A stretch of 64,000 nucleotides of DNA. Source: Trueperaceae bacterium. GTDB lineage: Bacteria; Deinococcota; Deinococci; Deinococcales; Trueperaceae. Position 1 is the stretch's first letter. Every line of letters begins with the position of its first letter. Positions 10,737 through 21,400 of this stretch are shown here, in pieces. The notes below the pieces were generated by a model that was not told where the DNA came from, did not search any database, and worked only from the letters and a program-made list of their open reading frames with translations. The DNA lies in contig OZ243927.1 of the NCBI GenBank assembly GCA_965213925.1, positions 1,216,001 to 1,280,000 of the forward strand, written 5' to 3'. The translations under genes and the position numbers were made by a program.

Positions 10737-12041
10737 ATGGAGCGTGAGAACATAGGGCGCAAGAGGCAAGAGGCTATTTACATCGGCGGGGTGGCGGGCG
10801 ACAAGCCGGCTGTACCCGTTGACGTGGCGAAGCTCGAGGCGGCCGCCCGCCGTAAGATGAGCGCCGAGGGCTACGCCTACGTCGCGGGTGGCGCGGGCGT
10901 AGAAAGCACCGTGTCGGAGAACCGCCAGGCGTTTGAGCGCTGGCGCATCGTGCCCAGGATGCTCAAGGGCGTGCAGGAGCGCGACACCTCGGTCGAGCTT
11001 TTCGGTCATACGTTACCGAGCCCTTTTTTGCTCGCGCCGATAGGCGTTTTAGAGATGGCACACAAGGAGGCTGATCTCGCCGTCTCGAGAGCCGCCGCCG
11101 CCGAAAACGTCCCCTTCATCTTCTCCAACCAAGCCTCCGCGCCGATGGAGCGGTGCGCCGAGGTGATGGATGAGGTGATAGACAACATGACGGACCGTGG
11201 CGCAGGCAGGACTCCGCGTTGGTTCCAGCTCTACTACAGCCGCAGCGCCGACCTGGTCCTGAGTTTCGTGAGGCGCGCCGAAGCCTGCGGTTGCGCGGCT
11301 ATCGTCGTCACCCTCGACACGACGCTGCTTGGCTGGCGCACCCGCGACCTCGACCTCGCCTACTTACCCTTTTTGCGCGGCAAGGGAATCGCGCAGTACA
11401 CGAGCGACCCCGTGTTTGCACAGCTACTCGAGCAAGCGCCCCCAGCGCAGCGTAGAGGGAGGGTGACCTTCGCCTCCATCCGCGCACTCTGGCAGATGAT
11501 GAGGGCGCACCCCGGCACGTTTCGTACCAATTTGCGCTCCGGCGCACCGATTAAAGCCGTGCAGAGCTTTATCCAAGGCTACTCCAAACCCTCGTTAGAC
11601 TGGGACGACATCGCCTTCTTGCGCGAACAAACCGAGCTACCACTCTTGCTCAAGGGCGTGCTGCATCCAGACGATGCGAAAAAGGCGCTCGAGTATGGCG
11701 TCGACGGGCTCATCGTTTCCAACCACGGCGGGCGGCAGGTCGATGGGTCCATTGCCGCCTTGGACGCGCTACCTAAGATCGCCGAGGTCGTACAAGGCCG
11801 CGTCCCAATTCTCATGGACAGCGGCGTTCGCGGTGGCGCGGACCTCTTCAAAGCGCTCGCATTAGGCGCGACAGCCGTTTGCTTAGGGCGTCCTTACGTC
11901 TACGGCTTGGCGGTGGCGGGCGAGCGGGGCGTGCGCGAGGTGATCCAGAACCTCAAGGCGGACTTCGACCTGACGCTGGGCTTAGCAGGTTGCAAAAGCG
12001 TGCGGGAGATAGACCGAAATAGCCTCTCGGCTAGGATGTAG
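10737..12041 (+). CDS. FMN-dependent alpha-hydroxy acid oxidase (lactate 2-monooxygenase-like)
   Basis: LAPIGV, WFQLY, SNHGGRQ, DSGVRGG motifs; TATGAT 6 nt before ATG 10737. Confidence 0.9.
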   Translation: MERENIGRKRQEAIYIGGVAGDKPAVPVDVAKLEAAARRKMSAEGYAYVAGGAGVESTVSENRQAFERWRIVPRMLKGVQERDTSVELFGHTLPSPFLLAPIGVLEMAHKEADLAVSRAAAAENVPFIFSNQASAPMERCAEVMDEVIDNMTDRGAGRTPRWFQLYYSRSADLVLSFVRRAEACGCAAIVVTLDTTLLGWRTRDLDLAYLPFLRGKGIAQYTSDPVFAQLLEQAPPAQRRGRVTFASIRALWQMMRAHPGTFRTNLRSGAPIKAVQSFIQGYSKPSLDWDDIAFLREQTELPLLLKGVLHPDDAKKALEYGVDGLIVSNHGGRQVDGSIAALDALPKIAEVVQGRVPILMDSGVRGGADLFKALALGATAVCLGRPYVYGLAVAGERGVREVIQNLKADFDLTLGLAGCKSVREIDRNSLSARM

Positions 12042-12067
12042 CCTCCTCCGGTCGGGTGAACGACTAG

Positions 12068-12458
12068 TGCAAGTTTTGCAGTACTGTTGTCACCCTGTTC
12101 ACGCAGTACGACGAAGTCCGGCGAAGGCGTAAGGGTCTCGTTTGGCAATAGCCAAAACTCTGTAACTTTCAATCTCAGCAAGAGGAGTCAGCAAGGTCAG
12201 AGATTCTTCGACTCCGCTTCGCTCCGCTCAGAATGACATGATTCATTATTTGTCCAACGATGTACTAGTACAGCGTCAACTAAGTATTGATACTTCCTAC
12301 TGATGTCACCCTGAGCGAATGCGTAAGGGTCTCGTCCTCCAATCTCGGCTAGGCAAGAAGGCGAATGCAGAGATTCTTACACTCCGCTTCGCTCTTCTTC
12401 GAAGGTGCTAACGCGAACCGTTCAGAATGACATCACTCATCTTTTAATTTACAGAGTA
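12068..12458. mobile_element. Two tandem family-A MITEs (about 12068-12264, left end truncated; 12269-12458)
   Basis: CTAG at 12064, 12265 and 12459; GTCACCCTG/GGGTCTC and GAGATTCT/CAGAATGAC hairpins. Confidence 0.8.
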
Positions 12459-12554
12459 CTAGGGTCGGTTTCTCTGCGTACTGACGCCCATCTTCTGATG
12501 CCGCCTCGAGTTTCTGTTACGCTACGGTATAGAGAAGAGAATCGGGGCGAGGCT

Positions 12555-15500
12555 GTGTCAGAAGAAGCCGGGTTAGACAAAACCGAGGTAGATGAAACTG
12601 GGGTGGATCAAACCAAGCCAGATCAGCGTGAGTCGGAGGATGAAACGAGCGCGCAGCCGGGCGCATCCTCAGATTCATCGCTGAGCATCGTCGGGCTAGG
12701 CGCGTCGGCGGGTGGCTTGGGAGCGTTGCAGCGCTTCTTTAAGCACACGCCTGCGCAGAGCGGACTCGCCTTCGCCGTCGTGATGCACCTCTCACCCGAG
12801 CACGAGAGCCACCTAGCCTCCCTCTTGGAGGGACACACCGACATGACGGTGGTGCAGGTCAACGAGACGTTGCCGATGGAAGCCGAGCACGTCTACGTGA
12901 TTCCGCCGAACCGTAACCTCTCGGCTATCGACACGCACTTGCGCTTAGACCCCCTGGAGAACGAGCGGCGGCAGCGTGCGCCCATCGACCACTTTTTCAG
13001 AACCCTCGCCCGGATGCACGGCGAGCGGGCTGTGGCTGTCGTTCTGTCCGGCACGGGCTCGGACGGCGCGGTAGGGTTGGGGCGCATCAAAGAGGCCGGG
13101 GGGCTCGCCGTGGTGCAAGACCCCAAGGAAGCCGAGTACGATAATATGCCGCAGAGCGCCATCGCGACGGGGCAAGTCGATCTCGTTTTGAAGGTCGAGG
13201 CGATGCCGGAGCGGATCGTCCGCTACACCAGGGAGCGGCGCGAGTTGCGGCTTCCCGAGAGTGACGAGTCCTTAGAGCAAGATGAACTCGAGGTGTTGGG
13301 GCGCATCCTCGCGCAGCTTCGCGCCCAGACCTCTCACGACTTCTCTCAGTACAAGCGCTCCACGCTCTTGCGCCGCATCGCCCGCCGGATGCAGCTTCAC
13401 CACCTGGAACGGCTGCTGGACTACCTGGAACGGCTGCGCACCGACCCCGATGAGGTCGCGCTGCTCTACCGCGACCTGCTCATCACCGTCACCAACTTCT
13501 TCAGGGACGAAGAGGCGTTCGGAGCACTGGAGCAGCACGTCGCTACGCTCTTTGAGGGCAAGGGTCCCGGCGACAGCGTGCGGGTCTGGAGCGTCGGCTG
13601 CGCGACCGGAGAGGAGGCGTACAGCCTCGCCATTTTACTCCTCGAGCACGCGCACCGGCTTTCCGCTCCGCCCAGCGTGCAACTCTTCGCCACCGACGTT
13701 CACCCGGACGCGCTCACGCGGGCCCGCGAGGGGATGTTCCCCAAAGGGATCGCGAGCGACGTCGGCGAGGCGCGGTTGCGGGAATTTTTCGTGGAGGAGT
13801 CGGGCGGCTACCGCATCAGCCAAGCGGTGCGCGAAAGGGTGGTCTTCGCGCCGCACAACCTCCTTTCCGATCCGCCCTTCGCCCACCTCGACCTGGTGGT
13901 GTGCCGCAACGTGCTCATCTACCTTAAACGCGAGGTGCAGCGCAAGGTCTTCGAGCTGTTCCACTACGCACTCCGCGAAAACGGCACGCTCTTTTTAGGC
14001 ACGTCGGAGACCGCCGACGACGCGCTCTTTGACATGGTGAGCAAAAAGCACCACCTCTACCGGCGTAAGAACAAGCGTGTGGGGTTGCATCTGCCTCAGC
14101 TCCCCCTCTCGCCGCCCAGCGCGGCGAAACCGTCAGGGACGCGCAGAGACGAGGAGGGCACATCTCATATACCTTCTGGCGGTGCGTCCTCTGACGGTGC
14201 CTCCTACGGGGCGCAGCACGCCCGCGCCGCCGAGCGCTACGCCCCGCCCAGCGTGCTGATCGGCGAAGACCACGACATTCTGCACTTTTCTGAACACGTC
14301 GGGCGCTACCTCGAGCAGCCCGGCGGCGACCCCACCGACAACCTGTATCGGCGCATCCGCGCTGAGCTGCGCGACGGACTCCGCGCCGCGCTGCAAGCTG
14401 CCGAGGACCGGTCAGCTCGAGATAAAACGGGGCGGAGTCGTCCGGTAACGCTCCGCATCGAGGGCGAGAGGCGGCAGGTCGCCCTGCAAGCCTCACGTAC
14501 TCAAGACGACGACCTTCAAGGGGCCACCCTAATCCTGTTCTACGAGTGGGAGCCCGAGGGAGACGAAGCGGCGCGTGCGAAGGGTGACGCCGAGGGCCCT
14601 AGCGCCGCTGATCCGGTGGTCGAACGGCTCGAGGCGGACGTTGCCGGGCTCCGCGAGCGGCTCCGCGCCGCCACCAGCGAGTACGAGACCTCGCGCGAAG
14701 AGATGAAAGCGAGCAACGAAGAGTTGCAGTCGATGAACGAAGAGCTGCGCTCCACCGCCGAGGAGCTGGAGACCTCCAAGGAGGAGTTGCAGTCCATCAA
14801 CGAAGAACTCGCTACTCTAAACCAGGAGAACCGGCACAAGGTCGAGGAACTGTCACAGCTCACGGGCGATTTGCAAAACCTGCTCGCCGCCACGGATATC
14901 GCCACGCTCTTTTTAGACCGCAAGCTGCGCATCCGGCGCTTCACGCCCAAGGTGGACGAACTGTTCAGCATCCGCGCAGGCGACGTGGGCAGACCGCTCG
15001 CGGACCTCACCCACCGGCTCGGCGACCAGACGCTCATCGCCGACGCCGAGGCGGTGCTGCGCACGTTGCGCCCTCTGGAGCGTGAGGTTAGGGGGGGAGC
15101 GAACGCGGCGGAGGATACGCCCTGGTATCTCATGCGCATGTTGCCTTACCGCACGCCCGAGGACCGCATCGACGGGGTGGTCCTGACCTTCGTCGAGATC
15201 ACCCGCTTGAAGCGTGCGGAAGAGACGCTGCGCCGCTCCGAGGAGCGCTACCGGCTGCTCGTCGAGAGCGTCAGCGAATACGCCATTTTCACCACCGACG
15301 AGCGCGGCGAGGTCACCACCTGGAACACGGGTGCGGAAAGGCTCCTCGGCTACACCGAGGAGGAAGCGGTAGGCAGGAACGCTGACCTCATCTTCACCGA
15401 GGAGGACCGGGCGGCGGGCGTGCCCCGGCGAGAGTTGGAACGTGCGGCGGAAGAGGGCCAAGCGACGGACGAGCGCTGGCACCGCCGGGCGGACGGGTCA

Positions 15501-16364
15501 CGCCTCTGGGCTAGTGGCGTGGTGACGCCGCTCCAGGGACTGGACGCGGGGCTGCGCGGCTTCGCCAAGGTGATGCGCGACAACACCCGGCGCAAGAGAG
15601 CTGAGGAGGAGCGCGAGGGCTTACTGAACGAACTCGCCGCCGAGCGCGAAGAGCTGAGAAAGCTGAACGAGACGCTCGAGACCCGCGTATCTAAACGCAC
15701 GCTCGAGGTGCGCAAGCTCGCGGCTCAGCTCACTCTAGCTGAGGGGCTCGAGCGCAACCGCGTCGCGCAAGCTTTACACGACGAACTGCAACAGCAACTC
15801 GTCGCCCTCCAGTTCCCGCTCAGCAACCTGCGCAAGCGGGTGACGGGTGAGGACGCCGAGGTGCTAAAAGAGGTGTCCGAACTGCTTAGAGGTGCGATCA
15901 CGACGACCCGCCAGGTGACGAGCGACCTGAGCCCGCCCGTGCTGCGCGGCGAAGGGCTCGTCGAGGCGCTGCGCTGGCTCACCCGCCGCTTGGAGGAGCG
16001 TTTCGGCCTGCGTATCAGCTTGGAGGCAGAGGGTGAGATCGGCGTGCAGGGCGAGGCGGTGCGGGCGCTGCTCTTCTCGCTCGTGCGCGAACTTCTCTTT
16101 AACGTCGCCAAGCACGCGGATATCGACCAGGCGAGCGTCACCGTGCGCGAAGCGGAGGACGTGCTCACGCTCACCGTCGCCGACGGGGGTAAGGGCTTCG
16201 ACCTCGCGGTGCTCGGTACCGACGGAAATGGGACCGGCTTAGGGCTCAGGAGCGCCCGCGAAAGGTTGAGGCTCTTCGGCGGCGACATTGAAATTGTGAG
16301 TCAGCCCGGCGACGGTACACACGTCACTATCACCGTGCCCGTCTCGTCGCTTACACTGAAGTAA
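12555..16364 (+). CDS. CheB-CheR-PAS-histidine kinase fusion
   Basis: CheB GASAGG/VMHL/GSDG triad; CheR VGCATGEEAYS; coiled coil NEELQS; PAS domains; ERNRVAQALHDELQQ. Start moved to GTG 12555 because the longer ORF begins inside a MITE. Confidence 0.9.
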   Translation: MSEEAGLDKTEVDETGVDQTKPDQRESEDETSAQPGASSDSSLSIVGLGASAGGLGALQRFFKHTPAQSGLAFAVVMHLSPEHESHLASLLEGHTDMTVVQVNETLPMEAEHVYVIPPNRNLSAIDTHLRLDPLENERRQRAPIDHFFRTLARMHGERAVAVVLSGTGSDGAVGLGRIKEAGGLAVVQDPKEAEYDNMPQSAIATGQVDLVLKVEAMPERIVRYTRERRELRLPESDESLEQDELEVLGRILAQLRAQTSHDFSQYKRSTLLRRIARRMQLHHLERLLDYLERLRTDPDEVALLYRDLLITVTNFFRDEEAFGALEQHVATLFEGKGPGDSVRVWSVGCATGEEAYSLAILLLEHAHRLSAPPSVQLFATDVHPDALTRAREGMFPKGIASDVGEARLREFFVEESGGYRISQAVRERVVFAPHNLLSDPPFAHLDLVVCRNVLIYLKREVQRKVFELFHYALRENGTLFLGTSETADDALFDMVSKKHHLYRRKNKRVGLHLPQLPLSPPSAAKPSGTRRDEEGTSHIPSGGASSDGASYGAQHARAAERYAPPSVLIGEDHDILHFSEHVGRYLEQPGGDPTDNLYRRIRAELRDGLRAALQAAEDRSARDKTGRSRPVTLRIEGERRQVALQASRTQDDDLQGATLILFYEWEPEGDEAARAKGDAEGPSAADPVVERLEADVAGLRERLRAATSEYETSREEMKASNEELQSMNEELRSTAEELETSKEELQSINEELATLNQENRHKVEELSQLTGDLQNLLAATDIATLFLDRKLRIRRFTPKVDELFSIRAGDVGRPLADLTHRLGDQTLIADAEAVLRTLRPLEREVRGGANAAEDTPWYLMRMLPYRTPEDRIDGVVLTFVEITRLKRAEETLRRSEERYRLLVESVSEYAIFTTDERGEVTTWNTGAERLLGYTEEEAVGRNADLIFTEEDRAAGVPRRELERAAEEGQATDERWHRRADGSRLWASGVVTPLQGLDAGLRGFAKVMRDNTRRKRAEEEREGLLNELAAEREELRKLNETLETRVSKRTLEVRKLAAQLTLAEGLERNRVAQALHDELQQQLVALQFPLSNLRKRVTGEDAEVLKEVSELLRGAITTTRQVTSDLSPPVLRGEGLVEALRWLTRRLEERFGLRISLEAEGEIGVQGEAVRALLFSLVRELLFNVAKHADIDQASVTVREAEDVLTLTVADGGKGFDLAVLGTDGNGTGLGLRSARERLRLFGGDIEIVSQPGDGTHVTITVPVSSLTLK

Positions 16365-16419
16365 CTTAGGAGCGTCGAAGACCACCAGTGCACCATACGA
16401 CTCTTTTGGGGGAGGGCGT

Positions 16420-16824
16420 ATGAACGATCAAACCATCTTTATTTTAGAAGACCACGACCTCGTGCGGCGGATGCTGCGCAGGCTCTTGGAGGATGACGGC
16501 CTTACCGTCGTCGGCGAAGCGGTCTCCGCCGAGGACGCCCTGCGTGCGCCCGAACTCAGGCGCGCCGCGCTCGTGCTCGTCGACCTCTCGCTCCCCGGCA
16601 TGAGCGGCTTAGACTTCATCCGCTCACCGCGCACCGAAGCGAGCCGCTGCTTGGTGGTCTCGGCTCACACCGAGCCCTTCTACGCTCAAGCTGCTTGTCA
16701 AGCGGGCGCGGCGGGGTTCGTGGCGAAGGACGACCCGGACGCGATTTTGGAGGCGGTGCGGCGAGCGCTAGCGGCTGTGTCGCCCAACATGAACGGCTCA
16801 CACGGCGTCCACCGTTCAACCTGA
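16420..16824 (+). CDS. Single-domain response regulator (NarL-like REC)
   Basis: EDHDLVR, DLSLPGMSG, GFVAK; SD GGGAGG. Confidence 0.9.
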   Translation: MNDQTIFILEDHDLVRRMLRRLLEDDGLTVVGEAVSAEDALRAPELRRAALVLVDLSLPGMSGLDFIRSPRTEASRCLVVSAHTEPFYAQAACQAGAAGFVAKDDPDAILEAVRRALAAVSPNMNGSHGVHRST

Positions 16825-16825
16825 G

Positions 16826-17217
16826 TACAGTGTTAGGTAAACAATGAAGCATGTCATTCTGAGCCCTACAGCGAGCTATAGGATAGACTCCACGCAGTGG
16901 AGCGTAAGAATCTCTGACCTTGCTGACTCCTCTGACAGAGAACGAAAGTTACGCAGTTTTGGCACAGCCAACCGAGACCCTCACGCCTTCGCCGGACTTC
17001 GTCTGACTGCGTGAACAGGGTGACATACCATCCCTGATGTCACTCTGAACGAAGCAACGCGAAGTGAAGAGTCTCTGCATTCGCCTTCTCCTTAGTGAGA
17101 GAGCACAGGGCGAGACCCTTACGCCCCTATCGTTCTCACTCCGTTCGGACCCGCCGGACTTCGTCGTACTGCGTGAACAGGGTGACAACAGTTTCGCGTT
17201 CTTTGCTTAACAGAGTA
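16826..17217. mobile_element. Family-A MITE with two internal hairpin pairs
   Basis: TACAGTGTTAGG...CTTAACAGAGTA flanked by CTGAG on both sides. Confidence 0.82.
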
Positions 17218-17291
17218 CTGAGCCAGTGTCCTGCTCCTTTTACCCCACCTCGAGCACTATCTTGTGTACGCGCGTCCTATACACTTAAACC

Positions 17292-19043
17292 ATGACCTCC
17301 GCACCTCGAGACGAAACGACGCTAGAGAATATTGCGGCGGTGACGCGCCAGTTGGGGCGGCTCGAGGCGCAGCTCGTCACCTACGTGCAGGCGCTAGGCC
17401 ATGTCGGGGGCGAGCAGGCGACGCTCGTCAGCAACACCCTAGAGGAGTTGCGGCTCACCTACGAGGAGCTGCGCAGCCACAACGAGGCGCTCTCGGGCGT
17501 GCAGCGCAGTCTGCGCGAGGAGCGCCAGCACTACCAGGACCTCGTCGAGTTTGCGGGTGAAGGGCTCGTCGTCACCGACCCGGCGGGCATCATCCGCGAG
17601 GTCAACCGCGCGAGCGTTCAACTCCTCGGCATCGAGCGGCGCTCCCTGGTGGGGCGGCCCCTGCTGGCCTACCTGCGCTCCCCAGCGGGGCGCGAACTCG
17701 CCTGGACGGAACTGCGCGAGCGCGTGGCGGCGCTCGGGCCGGGCGAGCAGGTGCAGTGGGAGGGTCGGCTTAACGCCTGGCGCGAGGTCGAGCCGGAGGT
17801 CGCCGTCACGGTGGCGCGTATCGCCCGGCCGGGCACGGCTGAGGTCAGCGGGCTGCACTGGTCGCTGCGCGACATCAGCGCTCAGAAGCGGAGCGAGGCG
17901 GAGGCGCGGCGGCGTCTGCTCGAGTTGGAGGCGCTCTACGCCGCCGCCCCCATCGGCCTCAGCTACTTAGACCGCGAGCTGCGCTACTTGCGCGTGAACG
18001 AACAGATGGCCGCCATCAACGGTTTTTCGGCCGCTGAACACCTCGGTAAGCGCGGCCCCGAGCTGATGCCTGACCTCGAGGAGACGCTCATACCTACGCT
18101 GCGCGAGGTCTTAGCGCGCGGCGAACCCCGCTTGAACCTCGAGGTCAGCGGCGAGACGCCCGCGCACCCCGGCGAGGTGCGCCACTGGCAGGTCAGCCAC
18201 TACCCGGTCAGGTGCTTAGACGATGAGGTTATCGGCGTCGGCTCGGTGGCGCTCGACATCACCGAGCGCGTGCGCTCGGAGGAGGTTGTGCGGGCGCTTA
18301 ACGAAACCTTGGACGCGCGCGTCCAGGAGCGCACCGAGGAACTGCAGGATGCGAATAAAGCGCTGCGGCGCAGCGAGTGGCGCTTCTACCAAGCCTTCCA
18401 CGCCGGGCCGGTGGCGGCCTGCTTGACCACCCTGGGCGAAGACCGCTTCTTAGAGGTCAACCGCTCGTTCGAAACGCTGACGGGCTACGCCCCGGACGAG
18501 GTCGTCGGCTACACCGCCGAGGAACTCGGCATGTGGTCGTCGCCAGCGGACCGGGCGAAGCTGGCGCGGGCGCAAGAGGCGGACGAAGGGTTTTACGACC
18601 TCGAGCTGAGCTTGCGCACGGAAGCGGGCGACCTGCGCACCGTGCTCCTCTCCGGCGAGGTCATCCAGCTCGACGGCAACGCCGCGCAGCTCAAGTTTTT
18701 TTACGACATCACCAAGCGTAAGCGCGGCGAGCGAGACTTGCTAGAGGCGATTGAGAGCACCCTGCAAGACGCCTCTTGGTTCAGCCACCAGGTCGTCGAG
18801 AAGCTCGCCCAGATTCGCTCGGGTAACCTCGACCAGACCGAGATCGCCGAGCTGACCCCCCGCGAGCAGCAGGTGCTCATACTCGTCGCCAAGGGGCTGA
18901 GCAACGCCCAGATCGCCGCCGACCTCGGCTTAGCGCCGCAGACGGTGCGCAACTACCTCGCGACGCTCTACGACAAGATCGGTATCCACTCTAGGGCCGA
19001 AGTTATCGTGTGGGCGCGGGAGCGCGGCTTGGTCGGACCTTGA
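17292..19043 (+). CDS. Multi-PAS LuxR-family transcriptional regulator
   Basis: Three PAS-like domains; LTPREQQVL...GLSNAQIA...TVRNY HTH; TACACT 6 nt before ATG. Confidence 0.9.
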   Translation: MTSAPRDETTLENIAAVTRQLGRLEAQLVTYVQALGHVGGEQATLVSNTLEELRLTYEELRSHNEALSGVQRSLREERQHYQDLVEFAGEGLVVTDPAGIIREVNRASVQLLGIERRSLVGRPLLAYLRSPAGRELAWTELRERVAALGPGEQVQWEGRLNAWREVEPEVAVTVARIARPGTAEVSGLHWSLRDISAQKRSEAEARRRLLELEALYAAAPIGLSYLDRELRYLRVNEQMAAINGFSAAEHLGKRGPELMPDLEETLIPTLREVLARGEPRLNLEVSGETPAHPGEVRHWQVSHYPVRCLDDEVIGVGSVALDITERVRSEEVVRALNETLDARVQERTEELQDANKALRRSEWRFYQAFHAGPVAACLTTLGEDRFLEVNRSFETLTGYAPDEVVGYTAEELGMWSSPADRAKLARAQEADEGFYDLELSLRTEAGDLRTVLLSGEVIQLDGNAAQLKFFYDITKRKRGERDLLEAIESTLQDASWFSHQVVEKLAQIRSGNLDQTEIAELTPREQQVLILVAKGLSNAQIAADLGLAPQTVRNYLATLYDKIGIHSRAEVIVWARERGLVGP

Positions 19044-19050
19044 TACGTTA

Positions 19051-19339
19051 TAGCAGGTTCCTTCGCTTACGAAGTTTCCCTCCGGGAAGGCTGCGCGCAA
19101 TCAAAATCTGTCTCACTAACGTTCGGAGCTGGTTTGAGCCAATCTCACAGGGTAGAACATCGCCTAGCACGCACTTTCAGGGATGACCTGTTCCCGGTTA
19201 CACCGTTTTCGCGAATGCGAAAGGGAAACTTCGTAAGCGTCGCGTGGTTCACGAAGTACTTCCGAAGGAAACCGCTCCCGCTAGCTGCTTTAGCGGGTAT
19301 ATCTGCGGAGAAGTGGTGCAATGTCAAGTGGAAATGCTA
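19051..19339 (+). mobile_element. Family-B element with multiple nested inserts
   Basis: TA-GCAGGT...GTGGAAATGC-TA; shares 162 identical bp with the copy at 1174. Confidence 0.78.
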
Positions 19340-19448
19340 GTTAGTTTGATATAGATGTACCAAATACTCAGTACATCTATCTCTATCCCTCGAGGTCGAG
19401 GATGCGTTGTAATGCTGAGGGACGCGCTAACGGTCTCTCTGCCGGGGG

Positions 19449-20510
19449 GTGGAAGCGAGATGGGTTGCTCCTACGCACCCATCTTTTTTGTTTACGCCGC
19501 GCAAAAGAGGTATCTCTGCACGTCACGGGAGGCAGCCTTTGACGCAGCGCGCAGCGAACACACCTGATCATCAGTGGGGCGGGTCAGACAACCCCACACC
19601 AGTTTCCCTTGCCAACGTGTTGGGTGAGCCCGCGCTGCTAAGCCGAGCGGCGCTCGACGCGCTCGAGCAGCCCCTCGTGGTGGTGGACAAGCAGGGGACG
19701 ATTAGGGCGACCAACTCAGCCTGGCGGCGCTTCCGCCGGGCGCTGGGTCACCCCGCCGACGCCCTCGTCGGCAGGTCGTTCGCGGAGACGTGCTTGCAGG
19801 ACGCGACTGCGGGCAAAGGGGCGAATGAAGGGGCGAACCGCGAGGACGCCGCGTCGCTCTACGCTGGGCTTATGGCGGTCTTATCAAACCGCTTAGCGCG
19901 GTGCTCGCTCGAGCTGACCTACGCCGGGCGCACCTTCGCGGTCACCCTCACGCCGCTGCCGGACACGGCTGGGGCCGTGATCGCGTACTTCGAGATCACT
20001 GAGCGCAAAAACTATGAGGCGCGTATTGAGCGTCTCGCGAACCACGACCCCTTGACCGGGCTCTTCAACCGGCGCTTCTTCACCCTAGAAGCGGAGAAAA
20101 CCCTGGCGCTGGCTCGGCGTGAAGGGGGCGATTTCGCCCTACTCTTCCTCGACTTAAACTATTTCAAAAAGGTCAATGACGGCTTCGGTCACGTTTTTGG
20201 AGACGCGCTTTTAGGCGAAGTTGCGAAGCGGCTGAGCGCGTGTACACGCGCGAGCGACCTCTTGGCGCGGCTTTCGGGCGACGAGTTCGTGGTGCTTTTA
20301 CAGCACGTCTCGCCCCGTGACGTGCAGAGGGCAGTGACGCGCTACCAGGCGTGTTTCGCGCAGCCTTTTTTGGTGCAGGGGGAAGAGGTCGGGCTCGGAG
20401 GAAGTTTCGGCGTAGCCCACTATCCCGGCGACGGCAGTACCCTGGTCGACCTACTGGGTCAAGCTGACCGGAGGATGTATAGGGTGAAAAGGGCGGGTGG
20501 TCGAGGGTGA
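19449..20510 (+). CDS. PAS-GGDEF diguanylate cyclase (start uncertain)
   Basis: HDPLTGLFNR, DLNYFKKVND, RASD I-site, SGDEF active-site variant. Confidence 0.85.
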   Translation: MEARWVAPTHPSFLFTPRKRGISARHGRQPLTQRAANTPDHQWGGSDNPTPVSLANVLGEPALLSRAALDALEQPLVVVDKQGTIRATNSAWRRFRRALGHPADALVGRSFAETCLQDATAGKGANEGANREDAASLYAGLMAVLSNRLARCSLELTYAGRTFAVTLTPLPDTAGAVIAYFEITERKNYEARIERLANHDPLTGLFNRRFFTLEAEKTLALARREGGDFALLFLDLNYFKKVNDGFGHVFGDALLGEVAKRLSACTRASDLLARLSGDEFVVLLQHVSPRDVQRAVTRYQACFAQPFLVQGEEVGLGGSFGVAHYPGDGSTLVDLLGQADRRMYRVKRAGGRG

Positions 20511-20793
20511 ACAGCGCCCAAACGCAGAGGTTGCCCAAGCGCGTGCTCCGCGACGCGCACTTAGCCGCCCTGACGCGGACCTTTCGGGGGCTGGAGGACC
20601 TCTTGGGTGCCTCCGCGCGCTTGCCAGCGAAGCTGCCTACCAGGACGCCGCGCAGAGGGTCGCAGCCTCTAAAGAGGGGGCAGCGGCGGCCTACCTCGAC
20701 CTCGCTGAACTCACGGCGCTAAAAGATGAGGTCGAGCGCTTTACGGTTGCGCTCGCTCACAAGGTAGAGGCGCGGCGCGGGCGGGTCAACTGA
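20507..20793 (+). pseudogene. Small helical hypothetical protein, apparently frameshifted near 20605
   Basis: MNSAQ...GLEDLLG in one frame continues as CLRALASEAAY...RRGRVN in another; GTGA overlap with the GGDEF gene. Confidence 0.4.
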
Positions 20794-20993
20794 GAAAGGT
20801 CTGCAACTAATAAGGTGTCCTGTTTTATTATCAGCATTTCCATGTGTCGCTGCAGCGTGACTGAGACGGTACCCAAGCAGGTCGGCGTGCCTGTGGTGCT
20901 GGTGCGGGGAGTGATACCGATGTAAACGCCCGCGTCAACGTCATTCGAATAAAAACGTTTAACAAACCCGTTCATCACGCGAAAGGAAAACGT

Positions 20994-21200
20994 ATGGCTA
21001 TCATCAAGGTAATCGAAGTGCTCGCTCAGTCCCCCAACAGTTTCGACGACGCGGTTAAAGAGGCGCTCAAAGAGGCGTCTAAGTCGGTGCAGGGCATCCA
21101 GAACATCTACGTCAAGGAGATGCAAGCGGTTGTCGAGAACGACCAGATCACGATGTACCGCGTCAACGCTAAGGTCTCGTTCGCGGTGGGCGAAGCGTAG
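20994..21200 (+). CDS. Dodecin-family protein
   Basis: KVIEVLAQSPNSFDDAV...YRVNAKVSF; SD AAAGGA. Confidence 0.9.
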   Translation: MAIIKVIEVLAQSPNSFDDAVKEALKEASKSVQGIQNIYVKEMQAVVENDQITMYRVNAKVSFAVGEA

Positions 21201-21317
21201 AGTAAAAAAGCACAGTCAAGCGCAAAAGAGCAGCGAGTCGCGCCTCGAGGCAAGCCGAGAACGCCCTGCTCACCACGGTGGCGTACAGCGAAGGTTGAGC
21301 AGTCGCGAATAAGTAAA

Positions 21318-21344
21318 GCGCCCCGAACTCTGAGTTCGGGGCGC
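21318..21344. terminator. Hairpin between convergent genes
   Basis: GCGCCCCGAACTC-T-GAGTTCGGGGCGC. Confidence 0.65.
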
Positions 21345-21400
21345 AAGGCATCAGCAGTGCGGACTACGGGACGCTACCTATCACGGTTCGGTACAGATGG

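Noticed and set aside
12405..12554. N-terminal extension of the CheB/CheR ORF
   Set aside because: It begins inside a family-A MITE; GTG 12555 is the more plausible start.
13272..16288. Long antisense and alternative-frame ORFs over the CheB/CheR gene (and similar ones elsewhere)
   Set aside because: Expected shadow ORFs of GC-rich coding sequence.
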